NCBI GenBank assembly: GCA_964035545.1
Contig: OZ037768.1
Span: 16,351,875 to 16,415,874 of the forward strand
From: Bugula neritina
Taxonomy: Eukaryota; Animalia; Bryozoa
Direction: 5' to 3'
Length of the DNA stretch: 64,000 nt
Shown here: one piece after another, positions 37,432 through 50,789 of the stretch
How the letters are laid out: each line of letters opens with the position of its first letter
How positions within the stretch are numbered: position 1 is the stretch's first letter
Notes under the pieces: model-generated
The model's input: only the letters and a program-made list of their open reading frames with translations
Told to the model about the DNA's origin: nothing
Databases searched by the model: none
Position numbers and translations under genes: made by a program

Positions 37432-37736
37432 TGTTATAATTTTCAGATTTAGGGTTGATGTGCTATCCAGAGAGTCTATTTATTTACTATAGAACTGCAC
37501 CAGGATAAGTCGAGTGAACGAGTATATTTTACACACAATTATACATTATAAAAACGATACATTATTTCCAAACAAGTTACACATCTAATCTATTTCACAC
37601 TCTAGCTTCGACTGAGTTAGCAGCGGGAAACTACAATTGCTGCTAACTATCAACTACGCTAATTGGCTATCCATTGTTCCGGGTCAATTACGTGACCCTA
37701 CATGTTGTGCTGCTGGTAGTTCCACGAACCACCACA
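37432..37736 (-). repeat. 5' LTR (305 bp)
   Basis: Identical to 30225-30529 and followed by the PBS. Confidence 0.97.
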
Positions 37737-37842
37737 GTAGTACCTGTACTACTACTACGTCTACTACTACTAGGTCTAGTAGTAGTACTACTAATACTAC
37801 TACTAGTACTACTACTACTAGTACTACTACTACTAGTACTAC

Positions 37843-38361
37843 TGTAATGGATTTTTACCCTCTATTAGTTGCGAATTAACAGCGTGCAACAGTATATTAT
37901 AAATACTGTTGCGTATCGTTATTAACTCTGTAATTATAGTTAAGTAAGCTAGCTTGCTAATGCCTAAGTATGGTAATTACTGTTGAAGCTTTCAACATAA
38001 TGTAATGTTATTGAAATACGCATTCTGAAGTTATGTAATATTTCTTGTACTAATGTTGCGTATCAATTTTTATGCTGTAATTGTGTAGTAGATTTTTGCA
38101 TGTACTTGTTTCCGGTTGCGAGATCGGCATTTCGGGCCTCCGATCTCGGCAACAATGAAAAAGCACTGTATCTTGTTGTATATAAAAGCCAGCGAGCTCC
38201 AGTGTAGTTCAGTCTACTACTGGAGCTCACTGGCAGAGGACCTTCACTATTATATATAATTCAACTAAATAAAAATTTCTTCAACTATACAATACATCTT
38301 GTTCTCTCTAACAAAGAGTATGTTCAGGCACTAGTTCTATTCAACCCACAAAAATATCACA
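37843..38361 (+). mobile_element. Solo LTR, family 2, copy B
   Basis: TGTAATGG...ATATCACA with 4-bp TSD CTAC (37839-37842, 38362-38365); TATATAAAAG near 38179, TCAGTC at 38209, AATAAA near 38268; homologous to 5787-6343. Confidence 0.87.
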
Positions 38362-40342
38362 CTACTACTGTACTGGTACTACAACTACTCTAGTAATACT
38401 AATAGTAATAGTAGTACTACTACTAGTACTAGTAGAAAAACCATGCTATCACTATCAGTATCTGAGACTGATGGTGAAACTGAAAGTGATACTTGTAGTC
38501 ATTCACTCATAGTCATACACACTATCACTATGACTATGACTATCATACTCATACTGATACACTTGCAGTCAATGTCATACTGATAGACGATAACGGATAA
38601 TGATACCGATATGGATATTGATACTCATGCTATTACTATTACTATGAGTAATAGACTAATAGTATTACCATTACTATTAGTATAAGATTAACTTTAAGTA
38701 TTAGTAATTAGTATTACATTTTGATTTACAGTTTACTGGGTAGTGGGTATGATTATGATATTCATATTCATATTGATATTGATAACGATGGTATAAGATT
38801 AAGTAGAAATATCAATATGTGTCATTAAGTTTTATAATATATATTCCATAAAATGATTTATTAACATAACATATAATGACAGATTACAACAATTTAATTT
38901 TTGTGATTAACTATTATCATTATCATTGTGAGTATCAGTACAAGTATGAATTGAATCGACCACATTTACTTAGTTTTAAAAACACTCTCAGGAAGCGCAA
39001 AAATTACTTACAGCTAATCGGTATTATTGAAATAATTTTTCACCTACGTTCAGCCCAAGGTTTCGCGAGCCATCAATTTGCTAGTTTTGTAGAAGATAAC
39101 TCCATATATGTGTGTAGACAGTCGTTCACAAGTTTGCTATAAGATAAGTGTGATACAGTATTCACATTCATACCCCCTTTGAAAAAAAGTATACTAGTTG
39201 GAATTATCAGAATTAGCACATTACTGATTACTATTTTTGACATGATGCAAACAATTATACATAATTTTATACCATTATTGACCACTTGAAGTGTTGACGG
39301 AAATAACAAGACACATAAAGCTTACAAGATACAAGATTTTCGATTAACAGGCAGAAAGCGTAATAAAAAAAAACTTTAACACCAGTAGACTTGTTTATAA
39401 CATACACAAAATCAAATTTGCTATGCAGTTTTATATCATAGCTACATACTAAGTTCATCATATTTATTCACATATTCGGCTACAATCCAAGTTGAAATTA
39501 TTTCTACCTTTATTCGTACAAAAGAAATAGTTAATTCTAAACAAACATGCTCAATGTTGCTTTTCATGTTAAAAGAAAACTGTCATTACACAAGTATCAT
39601 TAAAATGTACTATAAAGTAAACACATGACAGCACAATTTAAGATACATTCTATAGCAATTTGTAGTTAACAATTGAATTTTAGTTTAACCAGTATATTGA
39701 TGAAGGATATTATATCCAAGTGTTGATTTAGCCGCTTACCTGCGGTAAAGATTTCAAGAAAAAAATAGAATTACAAAAATACTCAGCAAGCTTTTAAACT
39801 ACTTAAATTAAAAAAAAATATTTGAGTTTTCTTAATTTTAACATACTTGAGTCCTGAACCTGGAGCTTCTGATGCAGGTTTATGCCACTAAACACTAAAA
39901 TGTCTTTTATTTTGCTAAGAAGAATTCATCAGCATACAAAGAAGTTGTTTCAATACATTTTACCTGCATTCAACATAAAATGAGTCATGAATAGATAAAT
40001 ATGTTTTGGCTTCATCATATATTTACAGAATGAATAATTCAGAAATACTAAAACTGCAACCAACAAAATATTACAATTACAGTATGACTTCACATGAGAA
40101 CCTGACTGAACAAAAACTAATATCTGTTCTTTTATGAAAACTAAAAAAATAAAAAAATACTTATTAACAGCAAATAAAGTTAAAAAAAACAGATGAAAAT
40201 ATGAAAATGTTGATTATAATGAGTTGGGCGGAGAACTAGTTGTGAGTCACGGAGTAATCTCAGAGCACTCTGATGTTGATCAAGTCCATGAACTTCCCTA
40301 TCATACTAAGTCTTAGGTGACAAGGGCTCATGTATCTTACCA

Positions 40343-43300
40343 ACTAAGTCTTGGTTTGAGGTAGCTCCCAATGCCTGAAGCAAATAGGATATGTAATCAC
40401 TCGGCGTTGAACTTACTTTCATATTCTTAAAACTGTATCAAAAAAGATGGGCTTGAAAAGTTCTTCACATTAATAAATTCTAATATCTACTACTACTCTT
40501 GACAATCTATTCACTCACATGGTCTACTTCAAACAGGAAATTTGCGACTAAAGATAGAAAAACTGACCCTCCAAATATTGAGCTTTTGATGGAGGTTCTG
40601 GGATGGAGTGAATGAGAAAGAGAAGACCCCCCTCTGTAGGTATCCTCGTCATGAGATGGCATCTGTACAAAGTCCCCGTGTGACTGGCTCTGGGAACACA
40701 AGCCGTCTACTAAGTCACCACCTCCTATGATGGTTGGTAACCGGGTTATGTCTTTCTTCCCGCACTGAAACCAAAGACCATGTGGTAATACAACAGAGAT
40801 AACTAACATTTACAGAATGTATCCAGCGATACGGCGAAAATACAAATTAACAGCCATAAATGTGGAACTTGGCCTAAACTTCTACAACAGACCAAAAGAA
40901 GTATAACAACACTAGCTGAGCATTTCTTTAACTTTGAGGCAACCCTCAGTGTCAAATTAGCCAAAAGATCTGATGGCTGATAAATCAAACGAAATAACCA
41001 TAAAAACCTTTTTGAAGCGTTTGAAATTGGGCACCCATTTTCCTTTCCATAAAGCCATGCCTTGATGCTCCTCGACAGGTTCTACAACAGAAAGTTTAGT
41101 TTTTCGAAGCAAGTTCCCATAATCCACTTGTATCCTGTTCCATGAATCCCCTATCTCGAGTTTTCTTTCTTCGGACATTTCCTGCAATCGATGTGTCAGT
41201 AATCGCCAGTCAATCTATTAAAACTAGTAATTTAAATTGAGTATACACTAAACAAGTCAACATAGGTTTTAAAATTAATATAAAAACTACAAAAATATTG
41301 TAAATGTATTGCAAAACATTTAGCCTACCATATAGTTTCCATATACTGCAATGTCTTTGTAAATTACTGTTTTTGTGACATGATGTTGACAAGCGGTTGA
41401 ATTATAAATCAACTCTCAACTATAGAGATGCCGTAAATGGCTGTCAGAGCACAGTGACACCTGCATACACAGCAGCACCTGCATACACACAGCAGCACCT
41501 GCATACATACAGCAGCACCTGCACACACATCAGCACAGTGACACCTGCATACACAAAGCACCTGCATACATACATACAGCACCTGCATACACACAGCAGC
41601 ACCTGCATACACACATCAGCACAGTGACACCTGCATACACACAGCAGCACCTGCATACACACAGCAGCACCTGCATACGTACAGTAGCATCACCAGCAGT
41701 CAAGGTGGGCTGTGTTGGTTCAACCTTCACAGAGACCACCCGGTCTGTACAAGTGTCCAGAGTTTCAGATTTTACAATGTGGGCGGCAGGAGTATGACTA
41801 ACAGTCCCAGAATGCTGTGTCTCCTCCACAACACTGTCATCATGACATTTTTCAGCTTCCTATAAAATTTACCAAATATACATCTATACAGGCATAGCTC
41901 CTACCTTAACAATACAACAAACAACTTGATAATTTACTACACCGTATATTATACGCATCATTAAGCAATCCTTGACTATTCTAAATCTATCAAATGATTT
42001 TCATGCCTTGTGCAAAATAGAAGAAATTCTTTCAGGCGTAGCAATGTCTGTCACAGATGGTGCAAAGGATGACTGGTCCACAGCTGTAGCTTGTGCTACA
42101 TGACTTTTGTCTTCTGATTCTGCAGTTTGAGTATCAACCATATTGCTGGCTATAGCAAGCTCATTCTGACTACCAGTTTCGAGGCTTTGGGCAACTGTTG
42201 TCTGTTCATCAAATGCGGTCTTTATTCTAAAAACACGTTAGTTTATTAAATGTTGAGTGCAATAGTGTATTAAATTTTGGAGTCATTTAGAAATATGTAA
42301 CTTACAACATATTAAAATTGATTAAAAATCAGGATGTAGTGTCCTCATAATGCTAAAGCAGTTAGTTAAGAAGCTGAACCAGTGTTGACCTGTTACTAAC
42401 TTTCACTCACAAGAAATTTACACACTTGTTGGAAAATTGTTTAAAAACCCAATTTCTTACATTAAACAAGATTTTACAAATTAAATGACAACAACAAAAT
42501 AGTGATAATGCAAAATAAAATAATAAGAAACTTTTAAAAAGTATGCACACCTTTTTATAGGAGGTTGAAGCTGATGGTTTGATGTCCGTTTAGCAGAAGT
42601 TGTCTGTTTTAAAGGAGTTATCTTCTCCTGCAAAAGTGAAAATGTGTGAAACCCAGAAGATAGGTGTAAGAGTTGTGCAGATTAAGGTAGGAAAGGTATT
42701 ACCTGAGTTGCTGAGAGAGAATCCTGTAGCGTTTCAGAGATGTGAGTCACAACTGGTGGAGGAAGCATCTCAGATATGTAAGCACTTCTCTCTGCAGGTC
42801 TAAATAGGTAGACAACTCCCAGTATCTTACTTTCATTATGTAGCAATGTGATAGGTCAGTTCTACTGTCTACTGAGTGCGAATAGATTCTCAAAATTAAC
42901 TAATAGACATGAAACACGTTTTAAGATTGAGGGACAATTGGCTAATTTGGCACCAAATCAGTGATAAATACTCAAGATTACCTTGAAAAACCTCCTGTAG
43001 TTTCACAGCTCTTTAAGTGTTTAATTTTTTACTTTTAAAGACAAATAAGCATAAAAGTAAGGATAACAAAATGGGGACAAATGAACAGCATGAATATAAT
43101 TACTTGGGCCTGTTGAGGTGCTGTGAATCAGGCACTATTGTGCTGTCTGAGGCACTAACACTGACAGCAGGCAGGTCTCTCTTTCCCTGCTGAGTAGCGC
43201 TCTTTGCTTGTGAAGGTAGAGATTGAGTAGCAGTGAGTTTTTGTGAAAAGTGTTCATGTAGTTTGATACCTACAAAATGGCATGCATAATATCAATGGAA

Positions 43301-45007
43301 ATTATTTATATAATTACATTAAAAAAGAGCAAGAAAATGCCATATTAAATAAACAAAAAATTATTAGTGAATGTAATGTATTTATGCTGCATTTAATAAC
43401 ACCTGCAGAATAATCGTAAATTTGTGTTAAGGTTTGTTTAAAGTTGGACATTTCTGCAGAGACCATTAGCCACTACACAATTGGAATAATTACAGCAAAC
43501 ACATTTCGTTGGCGGTTTGTTGCTATTTAACTAATCTTGTTTGTTGCACACAAAACTTTCCTATTCAGCAAATCTTGTGATAATAATATATTTGTTACAG
43601 TGACAAAAATGATCTAAAAACTGTTTGTTGGACTAGAATTAAAATGTCATCAATTTACCCTGTTTTTCTTAAAACATACAAGTGTGGACAAATAATTATT
43701 TAGGCTCTCTTCAGTAACGACTAAGAAATTTGTAATACTTGTAAGTATCGCTAGAATAGGGCCATACAAAAAATTGCATATATATCATTACCAACTACAT
43801 GGCAAAAGCTCTACCTGACTACTACTCAAGCAAGACTTGAAGAAAATCACAGTCCACAACCCGAGACACTATGCATGCCATATTTTACTTTTATTGCCCC
43901 AGAATACACCTTCCAGCTCATACAATGTATGACCAGTAATAAATTACCTGCAGATTGCTGGGGGTTGCAGTGCCATTCAGTTGAGCAGTACAGCATAGCA
44001 TGGCCTATCTCTGCATCTTGAATATATCTTTTATTATGTCTGTGAAATAAATGAGTTGCATTATATTTGCTGAAATAGTGATATAAACAGGCTCTAGCAA
44101 GCTAACCCAGGCATTTTGTAGTTTAAGTTTTACGATCACTTCATTCCCATAAGCAAAATAATTGCAAATGGCCATTTTAATTCGAATACAGTTTTGCCCC
44201 TATGGGTTGTGGCTTTATTCGAATGATACTGTTCCCATGCATTAAATAAAGACTCCATTCACATAATGTAAAGCATGGAGACTCACTAATGATGACTAGG
44301 ACTGGTTTCATGTTGTCTATTTTAATGTGACAACCAAGTATATCTAAACATGTTCAATCTGATTCCGGTAAACTCACATATGAACAAAGCAGCCATCCTG
44401 GAACACCAGTTTACTTACACATGAAAATAACTACAAAACAAAAGTATACTTCACTTTCCTCTCTCCAACATACTGTCGCTTTAAAAAAAACATTTCAATG
44501 TCAAATGAAAAGCAGCTGACGCAAATGTTTTAATTTTAAAGTTTTCAATTGTTTGCATGACTAGTGTTAGTAGTCATGGTATCATAATTTCTCAGCAAAA
44601 GTGAATGACAACGGAAAATTTCAAAGAGGGAATTAGTCCAAGCAACTTTTTAGCCGAGTTTTTTATAAGAGAGGTGGTGTATTTAATCTTGCCTGAGAAA
44701 GTCGCATAAAATGAAAATACAAGCTTCATTCAACACAACCACTAAAATGACTAAATGGATACAAAACATGGAAGATTATACCTGGTGAGGTGTGTGATGC
44801 ACTCCTTGTACCACTCTGGCTGCACTGTTTCAGGACAATACATGAGTATCGCATTGTTTGCCGTTATTTTAGACAAAGAGCGAGGTTTCCTTTCTAGAAG
44901 CAGCGCTGTCCCACCACCCAACACAATAGCTGGTTTCATCCTCGCAAACTAAATGTTGGTAGTTATAGCAAATCATCAACATTATAATGTATACAACGGT
45001 ATATTGT

Positions 45008-45042
<35 letters not shown>

Positions 45043-48000
45043 AATCATATTATTCTTCGCATTCAAAATGCTAAACAGACATTGTTAAATAATCAATTTA
45101 AATCAATTGAATGGAATGACAACTCCAGGCCAAGTATTCAATATATAAAATGATTTTGCATTCTTTCAAAACTACTTGAAAAAATCGTTTCATTTTCACT
45201 TCCGTAGCATAAACTTTAGAAGAAGATATATTAAATTACAGAAGGCACAACCATTTAATATCCAAGGAATATTTACCTGCGCCTTGTTGCAGAAGAAAAA
45301 AGTTTTGTTTCCAAATACTTTCTTGCGCTGTGGGTTTGGTCTAAGCAAGTACTTATCATTTTCTTCAGATAATAAAGGAATAAACCTACACAACAACAAA
45401 AAACATAAAAACCAAAAGCTGTTAAATTAGAAACTATGCAAACGCTTTGTTGCTGCATATCTTATATTGTATATATGAAAATCTGTACTGTTAATGAATA
45501 TTACAGTGCGTGAATAAGATACTAGATTACTTGGTGGAATGATTTAATATATAAAATACAGTATTTATAAAGTTAGAGCACACAACGAGTAAGAAAAGCT
45601 TACAATGTAAAAATCTATTATATTGTTATGATAAGCGGAATAGACAAACTATATACTGAGATTGCACTAAGTTGCAAAAATCATACCACAACTATAGCCG
45701 CAACTTTAACCCTGCTAACCTTACAAATACCCAATAAAATGGCAAGGAAGCGATACACTAGTATGTAGACTTTTAGACAAAGTATGAAGACATAAGCTTG
45801 AGACATGTTTAATGTGTACTAGGTGCTACAACATATGCTTTCAAAGTATTGTATATAAGAACAGAGCGACATTATTTAAAATTTTTACTTGTCAATATCA
45901 GGCAGGGAGGTTTTCTTCTTGACACTGTTGACTAGAGCTTCAAGGTACTCTAAGGTGACAATAGGCTTGTTACCAGCAAGAGCGCATACAGCCTTTACTG
46001 TGATTCCAACTTTCCCCATAACCAGAGTCACGCACTCCTTACTCCATTCATTCACCTACAGAAAATGCAGAAATATTATCTGCTCATCAGAAATAGACAA
46101 GCCTATAAAATAAACATGATGTGGAGATATTTGACTAAACTCCAGCAAGTTTATAGTCGCCATCCCTGTGAGAAACCGCTGATGAAATGAGGTTTTTGGT
46201 AAATCAGGCTAAGGACTTATTCAGATGGGGCACAGGAGCAATTATAACTGGGTGCTCTTCCTAACATCACCAATGACCTTTGTCGGAGTTCGAACCCATG
46301 ACTTTGTGTTTGCTAAGCCAACGTTCTAACCCCTAGACCACGGCTGCACCATCATGGAGATATGGAGATATTTGACAAATACTCTAATAGGACAGATTTA
46401 GACTTGAAGTTTTAACTTGCGACACCAACAAGAACTTGTAAATAGTAAACACAGTCCTTATAATATTAAATGAAGTTCCACAAATAAACAATGTTTCACA
46501 TCCCAACTTCCAGATACACTGCCTACACTTTCAATGCAAATATACTTCCCTCAAACACTCAGTTAGTAACCATCAGCAATATGTGGCATTAAGTCAGCAA
46601 TACATGGTATTGGGTCAGCATCTCCACCTGACTGACTGACTGACTGACCTGGTGACCCCCAAGCTGCAGGAGATACTCCTTGAGTTTCACTTTATCAGAT
46701 CCAGAGAGAGAAGAAGAAGCCACCACCAGCGGGCAGTACTTTGCTCTGGAAAGTATACAACAGACAAAAATAAAGCAAAATGCTTTGAAATTTGTAACCA
46801 ACTTGAGGACAAATCAACTGCAGAACAAATATAACATACACATTTATGGATATGTTACATTATAGTCTAGTTTAACGTGAAACCTACTGTAATTCATGTA
46901 GTATTTTCTGGCTAACCAAAAACAAAAGAGTTTTTGGGTTAACCATTGCTAAGGCGCAAATTTCTCTATCAGTCTCAAAATTTTAAAGCAATATGTATTA
47001 AATAGCATCTCAATTTTGTGTGTTTAAAATTATAACAAATTAACCTATTAAAATTTAGTTATCACAAAAACTAAAAATATGAACTATGTCTATGTAACTA
47101 TTTAATACAATATAGCAAACATTATTAAAATAGTGTTGATTTAAAAAATATTGAAAACAAGTGCAATGGGAAGCAAAACCCTACAGCAGTACCTGTAAAC
47201 ATTTTTCATTTGTCCAAATTTTACTTCATCACCATCAGAAAGAACACATGTGCCTCCCGATAAAGCCTCTCCATTTACATTAGTTCCGAATTTTGAAAAG
47301 TCAGTAATCGACAATGCTGGAGTATCCAAACTGTTTATCTGGCAAAACAAAAGCTTCAACTTAAATATTCTTCTACTCAATAAAACTCAATAGAAATGTA
47401 TTTCCACCTGATACAAACTTCTGTGTGGTATGATTGTTATGAGCCTAAGCAGCAGCGATAAAAATAAATCAGTAGAAAAGAGAGAAAATTAGTTCATTTA
47501 AGCGAATGAGGCCTAACTAAAGTGATGACATTGCCCAGATTAATCTTCACCTAGATTACTCCATACTGTGTGATGTTAAAAGAACATCAAAGTTGTTATT
47601 TATCATTTAGATGAAAAGCATTCTATTTTGATAAAAGATTCGTCATGCATAAAAGGTGCCATAACTTGTTTTTAGAACCCTTTACAAAAACAAGACTAGT
47701 TGCAGTAACCCTGAATCTAAAATTTAGAATCCAAATATGAGTATCTATTATATTTCACTATGTTTCCAAAGTTCAAATTATGTTAACGAATTTTTAAATG
47801 GAATGAAAACATAACCCAGCAAAACAAGAATTTGTCAGATAGAGCAATTTGAATGAAATGCTCATTAGCGCATGTTGTAGTATGTAGGATTTACTAAATT
47901 GCATTGGCTCTTGTTATATTGTATCTAATGGTAGTCACTATTGATAGAGCTTTGTATGACATCCCCAAGAAAACCAGCTGACTTCTAAATACAGAAGTTG

Positions 48001-49138
48001 ACACAACCGCCAACTATACACGTATAAACTTTAAGGCTGTAAAGTTCTAACTTGAATAATTTGATGAAACTGAATCTACACTGACTACCCACTCCTATAA
48101 ACCAGATGCACTGGCTAACAGTTTCTGACTCATACTCTTTATTCAGTATTAAATAATTGAAAATCTAAAGTTAGTAAGCTAACAAATTGCTGTAACTTAC
48201 TACCTGTTCCTCCTTGAATTCTATGAATATTTTAGCATGTTTCCGACTAATAGAAGGGTCATCCTTTAATAACACATCTACATCTTTTCGTCCTACTGTG
48301 TATTCTGTTTGACACAAAAACCGGATTTCTGTAATAAACCAAAATTTGAGCAAATATAAACAACTACTAACATATATACATATAAGTTTTGTTACATAAC
48401 TATATTAAAAATATAATTATTTTTTACAGTCTACATACAGTTAGCTAGAAGTAGCAATTGCTATTAGTAATCAATTGATATTAAAATGTTATCAATTCTT
48501 TACTACAACACCAGGTTTTATTGAGCTTGATATGATACAGTTCTCAATTTAACACTTTCATCTGATCGTAGTGCTATATGTAGCAAGCCTCTAGCTCAAT
48601 TATTTAACCTTTATGAAAAATTTGAAATCCTGAACTTCTAACCTATATGTGATTGGCATTAAAAATATTTTTATGCATTGTCTACAGCCTACGAGGCAGG
48701 CATTATGCATCCATTCCACAAAACAAAAGTAGATGAAAATGAAATAACAGTTTCTAGTTAGTTCCCATTTACAGTTTAATTGGTTTTGAAGCTGTTACTT
48801 TTATGTTATAAGTATTACATACATTACTAGTGTAAAACTTTTTGCATTAAACTTGAGACTAGTTTATTCATAATATTATTATATAAGCAAATAGTGTACA
48901 ATTAAGCTTAGGTAAAGACTTGGTAGCAATCATACAAAGCATTTCATCAGCATAAGTGAATTGCAAATCTTTACTTAAATATAAAGTTAGACTTCAATCT
49001 ACCCAACTTTCAACCCATCAAGCTCAAGTTTCAAATTAAGTAACAAGTAAGTATTTAGACCACTGCTGTACCTGAGGGAGACTTTTCAGAGAGCCCTTCA
49101 GCTTCCGCTCCATGTCCTACATGTTGCAATAACCACAT
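40343..49138 (-). CDS. NBN: Nibrin/NBS1 (FHA, tandem BRCT, MRE11-binding motif); last exon uncertain
   Basis: Exons include 49138-49072 (MWLL), 48328-48201 (YTVGRK..DDPSISRKHA), 47338-47193 (SKFGT.VNG), 46745-46649, 46055-45889, 45385-45277, 44948-44782, 44039-43948 (AEIG..HCNP), 43269-43104, 42799-42703, 42627-42551, 42226-42007, 41859-41683, 41181-41008 (NFKRFKK) and from 40764 (LPTIIGG.DL). The C-terminal splice choice is ambiguous. Confidence 0.92.
41445..41678. repeat. Minisatellite (17-bp CAGCACCTGCATACACA and variants) at the start of an NBN intron
   Basis: About 12 CACCTGCA cores in tandem, starting at the donor of the 41859-41683 exon. Confidence 0.88.
46136..46350 (-). mobile_element. 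tRNA-derived SINE with TSD
   Basis: Same family as 26155; flanking direct repeat TGGAGATATTTGAC (46122-46135, 46363-46376). Confidence 0.82.
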
Positions 49139-49310
49139 AACTGACAATGATGGTTTTGTCAATCACAGTTGACCCAGAATGGTTAATTAAACTTTAAATA
49201 ACATCATGATGGTCCAATATCAACAGGAAATGATTCACTAAAAATAAAATACATAAAACTAATAAAATTTATAGGCAATAACATAAACCTCACATACTTT
49301 AAGTTTTCCT

Positions 49311-49688
49311 CATTGGCAGCGTGCAAAAAATCTTTCCAGCCGAAAAATGGGCTGTTGTGTGCGCATTTCAGATAGATTTCATACAGGCAAAATACTGAAT
49401 GGCCAGTGCAGAATGTTGGTGCCGATTCGATCTAATTGGTTGAACATCATTTAGTGAGTACACTTTTTGAGTTTTGAGCTTTTTTACTTTCTGTATTCAA
49501 GTCGTCTTATCAATGCAAAGCTTGAAACTCAAAAACTATACTCACTAAATGATAATCTGCCAATTAGATTAAAACCGTACCAAATTTCTACACTGACCGT
49601 TCAGCATTTTGCAGGAATGAAATCTACCTGAAATACGCACACAACAGCCCATTTTTAGGCTGGACAGATATTCTGCATGTAGCCAGTG
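49311..49688. mobile_element. Foldback/MITE-like long inverted repeat upstream of the NBN start codon
   Basis: About 165-bp imperfect arms (aaaaatgggctgttgtgtgcg...cgcacacaacagcccattttt) around a loop of about 35 nt. Confidence 0.75.
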
Positions 49689-50419
49689 CTTGGTAAACGA
49701 CTAACTTTGAACTAGTCCTTTACACTTAGGAGAGGCAGACTTGGTAAAATAAAACGTGTCCCTTAACATTAACATTAAATTCAATCAATATAGTGGTCAT
49801 GTAAAAGTGATGATGTCATCCTCTAAGTTTATATTTACTGCAGCAATTTTAATTTCATAGTTTTACAAGCAGTTAATGACTCTAAATTATGACTCAAACT
49901 TAGTAAAAGGCAATCAATTGAATTTTGCTGAATTTGAAACTAGCAATGCCAGCATTCTGCTGTTGATCACAGGATTATCTATGCAAAAACTCCCATAAGC
50001 CATCCTAATGACAAAACCAATTGTAATCGTAGTTAACTAACTTAGTAAAGAAAATTCAAATTTAAGTCTTGATCAACATGAACATCATCATTACGCAATA
50101 TCCCAACGATAACCATTTATTTTTTTGTACTTTAACTTGCTGCCCTAAAATACTAAATTTAATATTATTTAATTTTATGATTACTAAATGTAATACTATT
50201 ATTCTTAGGTTCAGTATAAGACACAAAATTAAATGTAACAAAAAAATTAAAAAACTACAAATACAAGTTCACTACAACTGCTGGAATTAAATAGAACTAC
50301 AACTATGTCAACAGATACCTGTCCAATTTTTCTTCACACTAAACCACCCTGTTGGGTAGAAGGGGTGTGCCACATTTTTAATCATAGGTTACATGCATGT
50401 ACCTGTGGTCAGTAAAGAT

Positions 50420-50722
50420 GATTTTAGGTAAAAATGGCACAGGTAATAATGGCACCAGTATCAAAGGCACAAATAGAAAAGTAGGAAAAACTGGCACACT
50501 ATTGTTAAATTTTCCCAAACCCGAAACTCAAACCATCAATCCTTAAACCCCAAACTTAAGCCCCCATTCCCAAATCTAAACTACCATCCTAAATATCCAA
50601 CCCCCACCCCAAACCCCAATATTGAAAATGTGCCATTTTTGCTACTTTTCCATTTGTGCCTTTATTACCAGTGCCATTAATACCTATGCCATTTTTACCT
50701 GTGCCATTTTTACCAGACACCC
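50420..50722. mobile_element. Mutator-like MITE, copy 2
   Basis: Inverted GGTAAAAATGGCAC arrays; 9-bp TSD AGTAAAGAT (50411-50419, 50723-50731). Confidence 0.82.
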
Positions 50723-50789
50723 AGTAAAGATATATTTAAAAAAATAATGTACAGTGAATGCAAAACAGGCCTGCTTAGCCTGTCTGTGG

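Larger units (their letters stand above)
30225..37736 (-). mobile_element. Full-length Ty3/Gypsy LTR retrotransposon with an extra ORF
   Basis: Two 305-bp LTRs identical by eye, TG...CA ends, TSD GTAG (30221-30224, 37737-37740), PBS, PPT, gag, and pol in PR-RT-RH-IN order. Confidence 0.98.
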
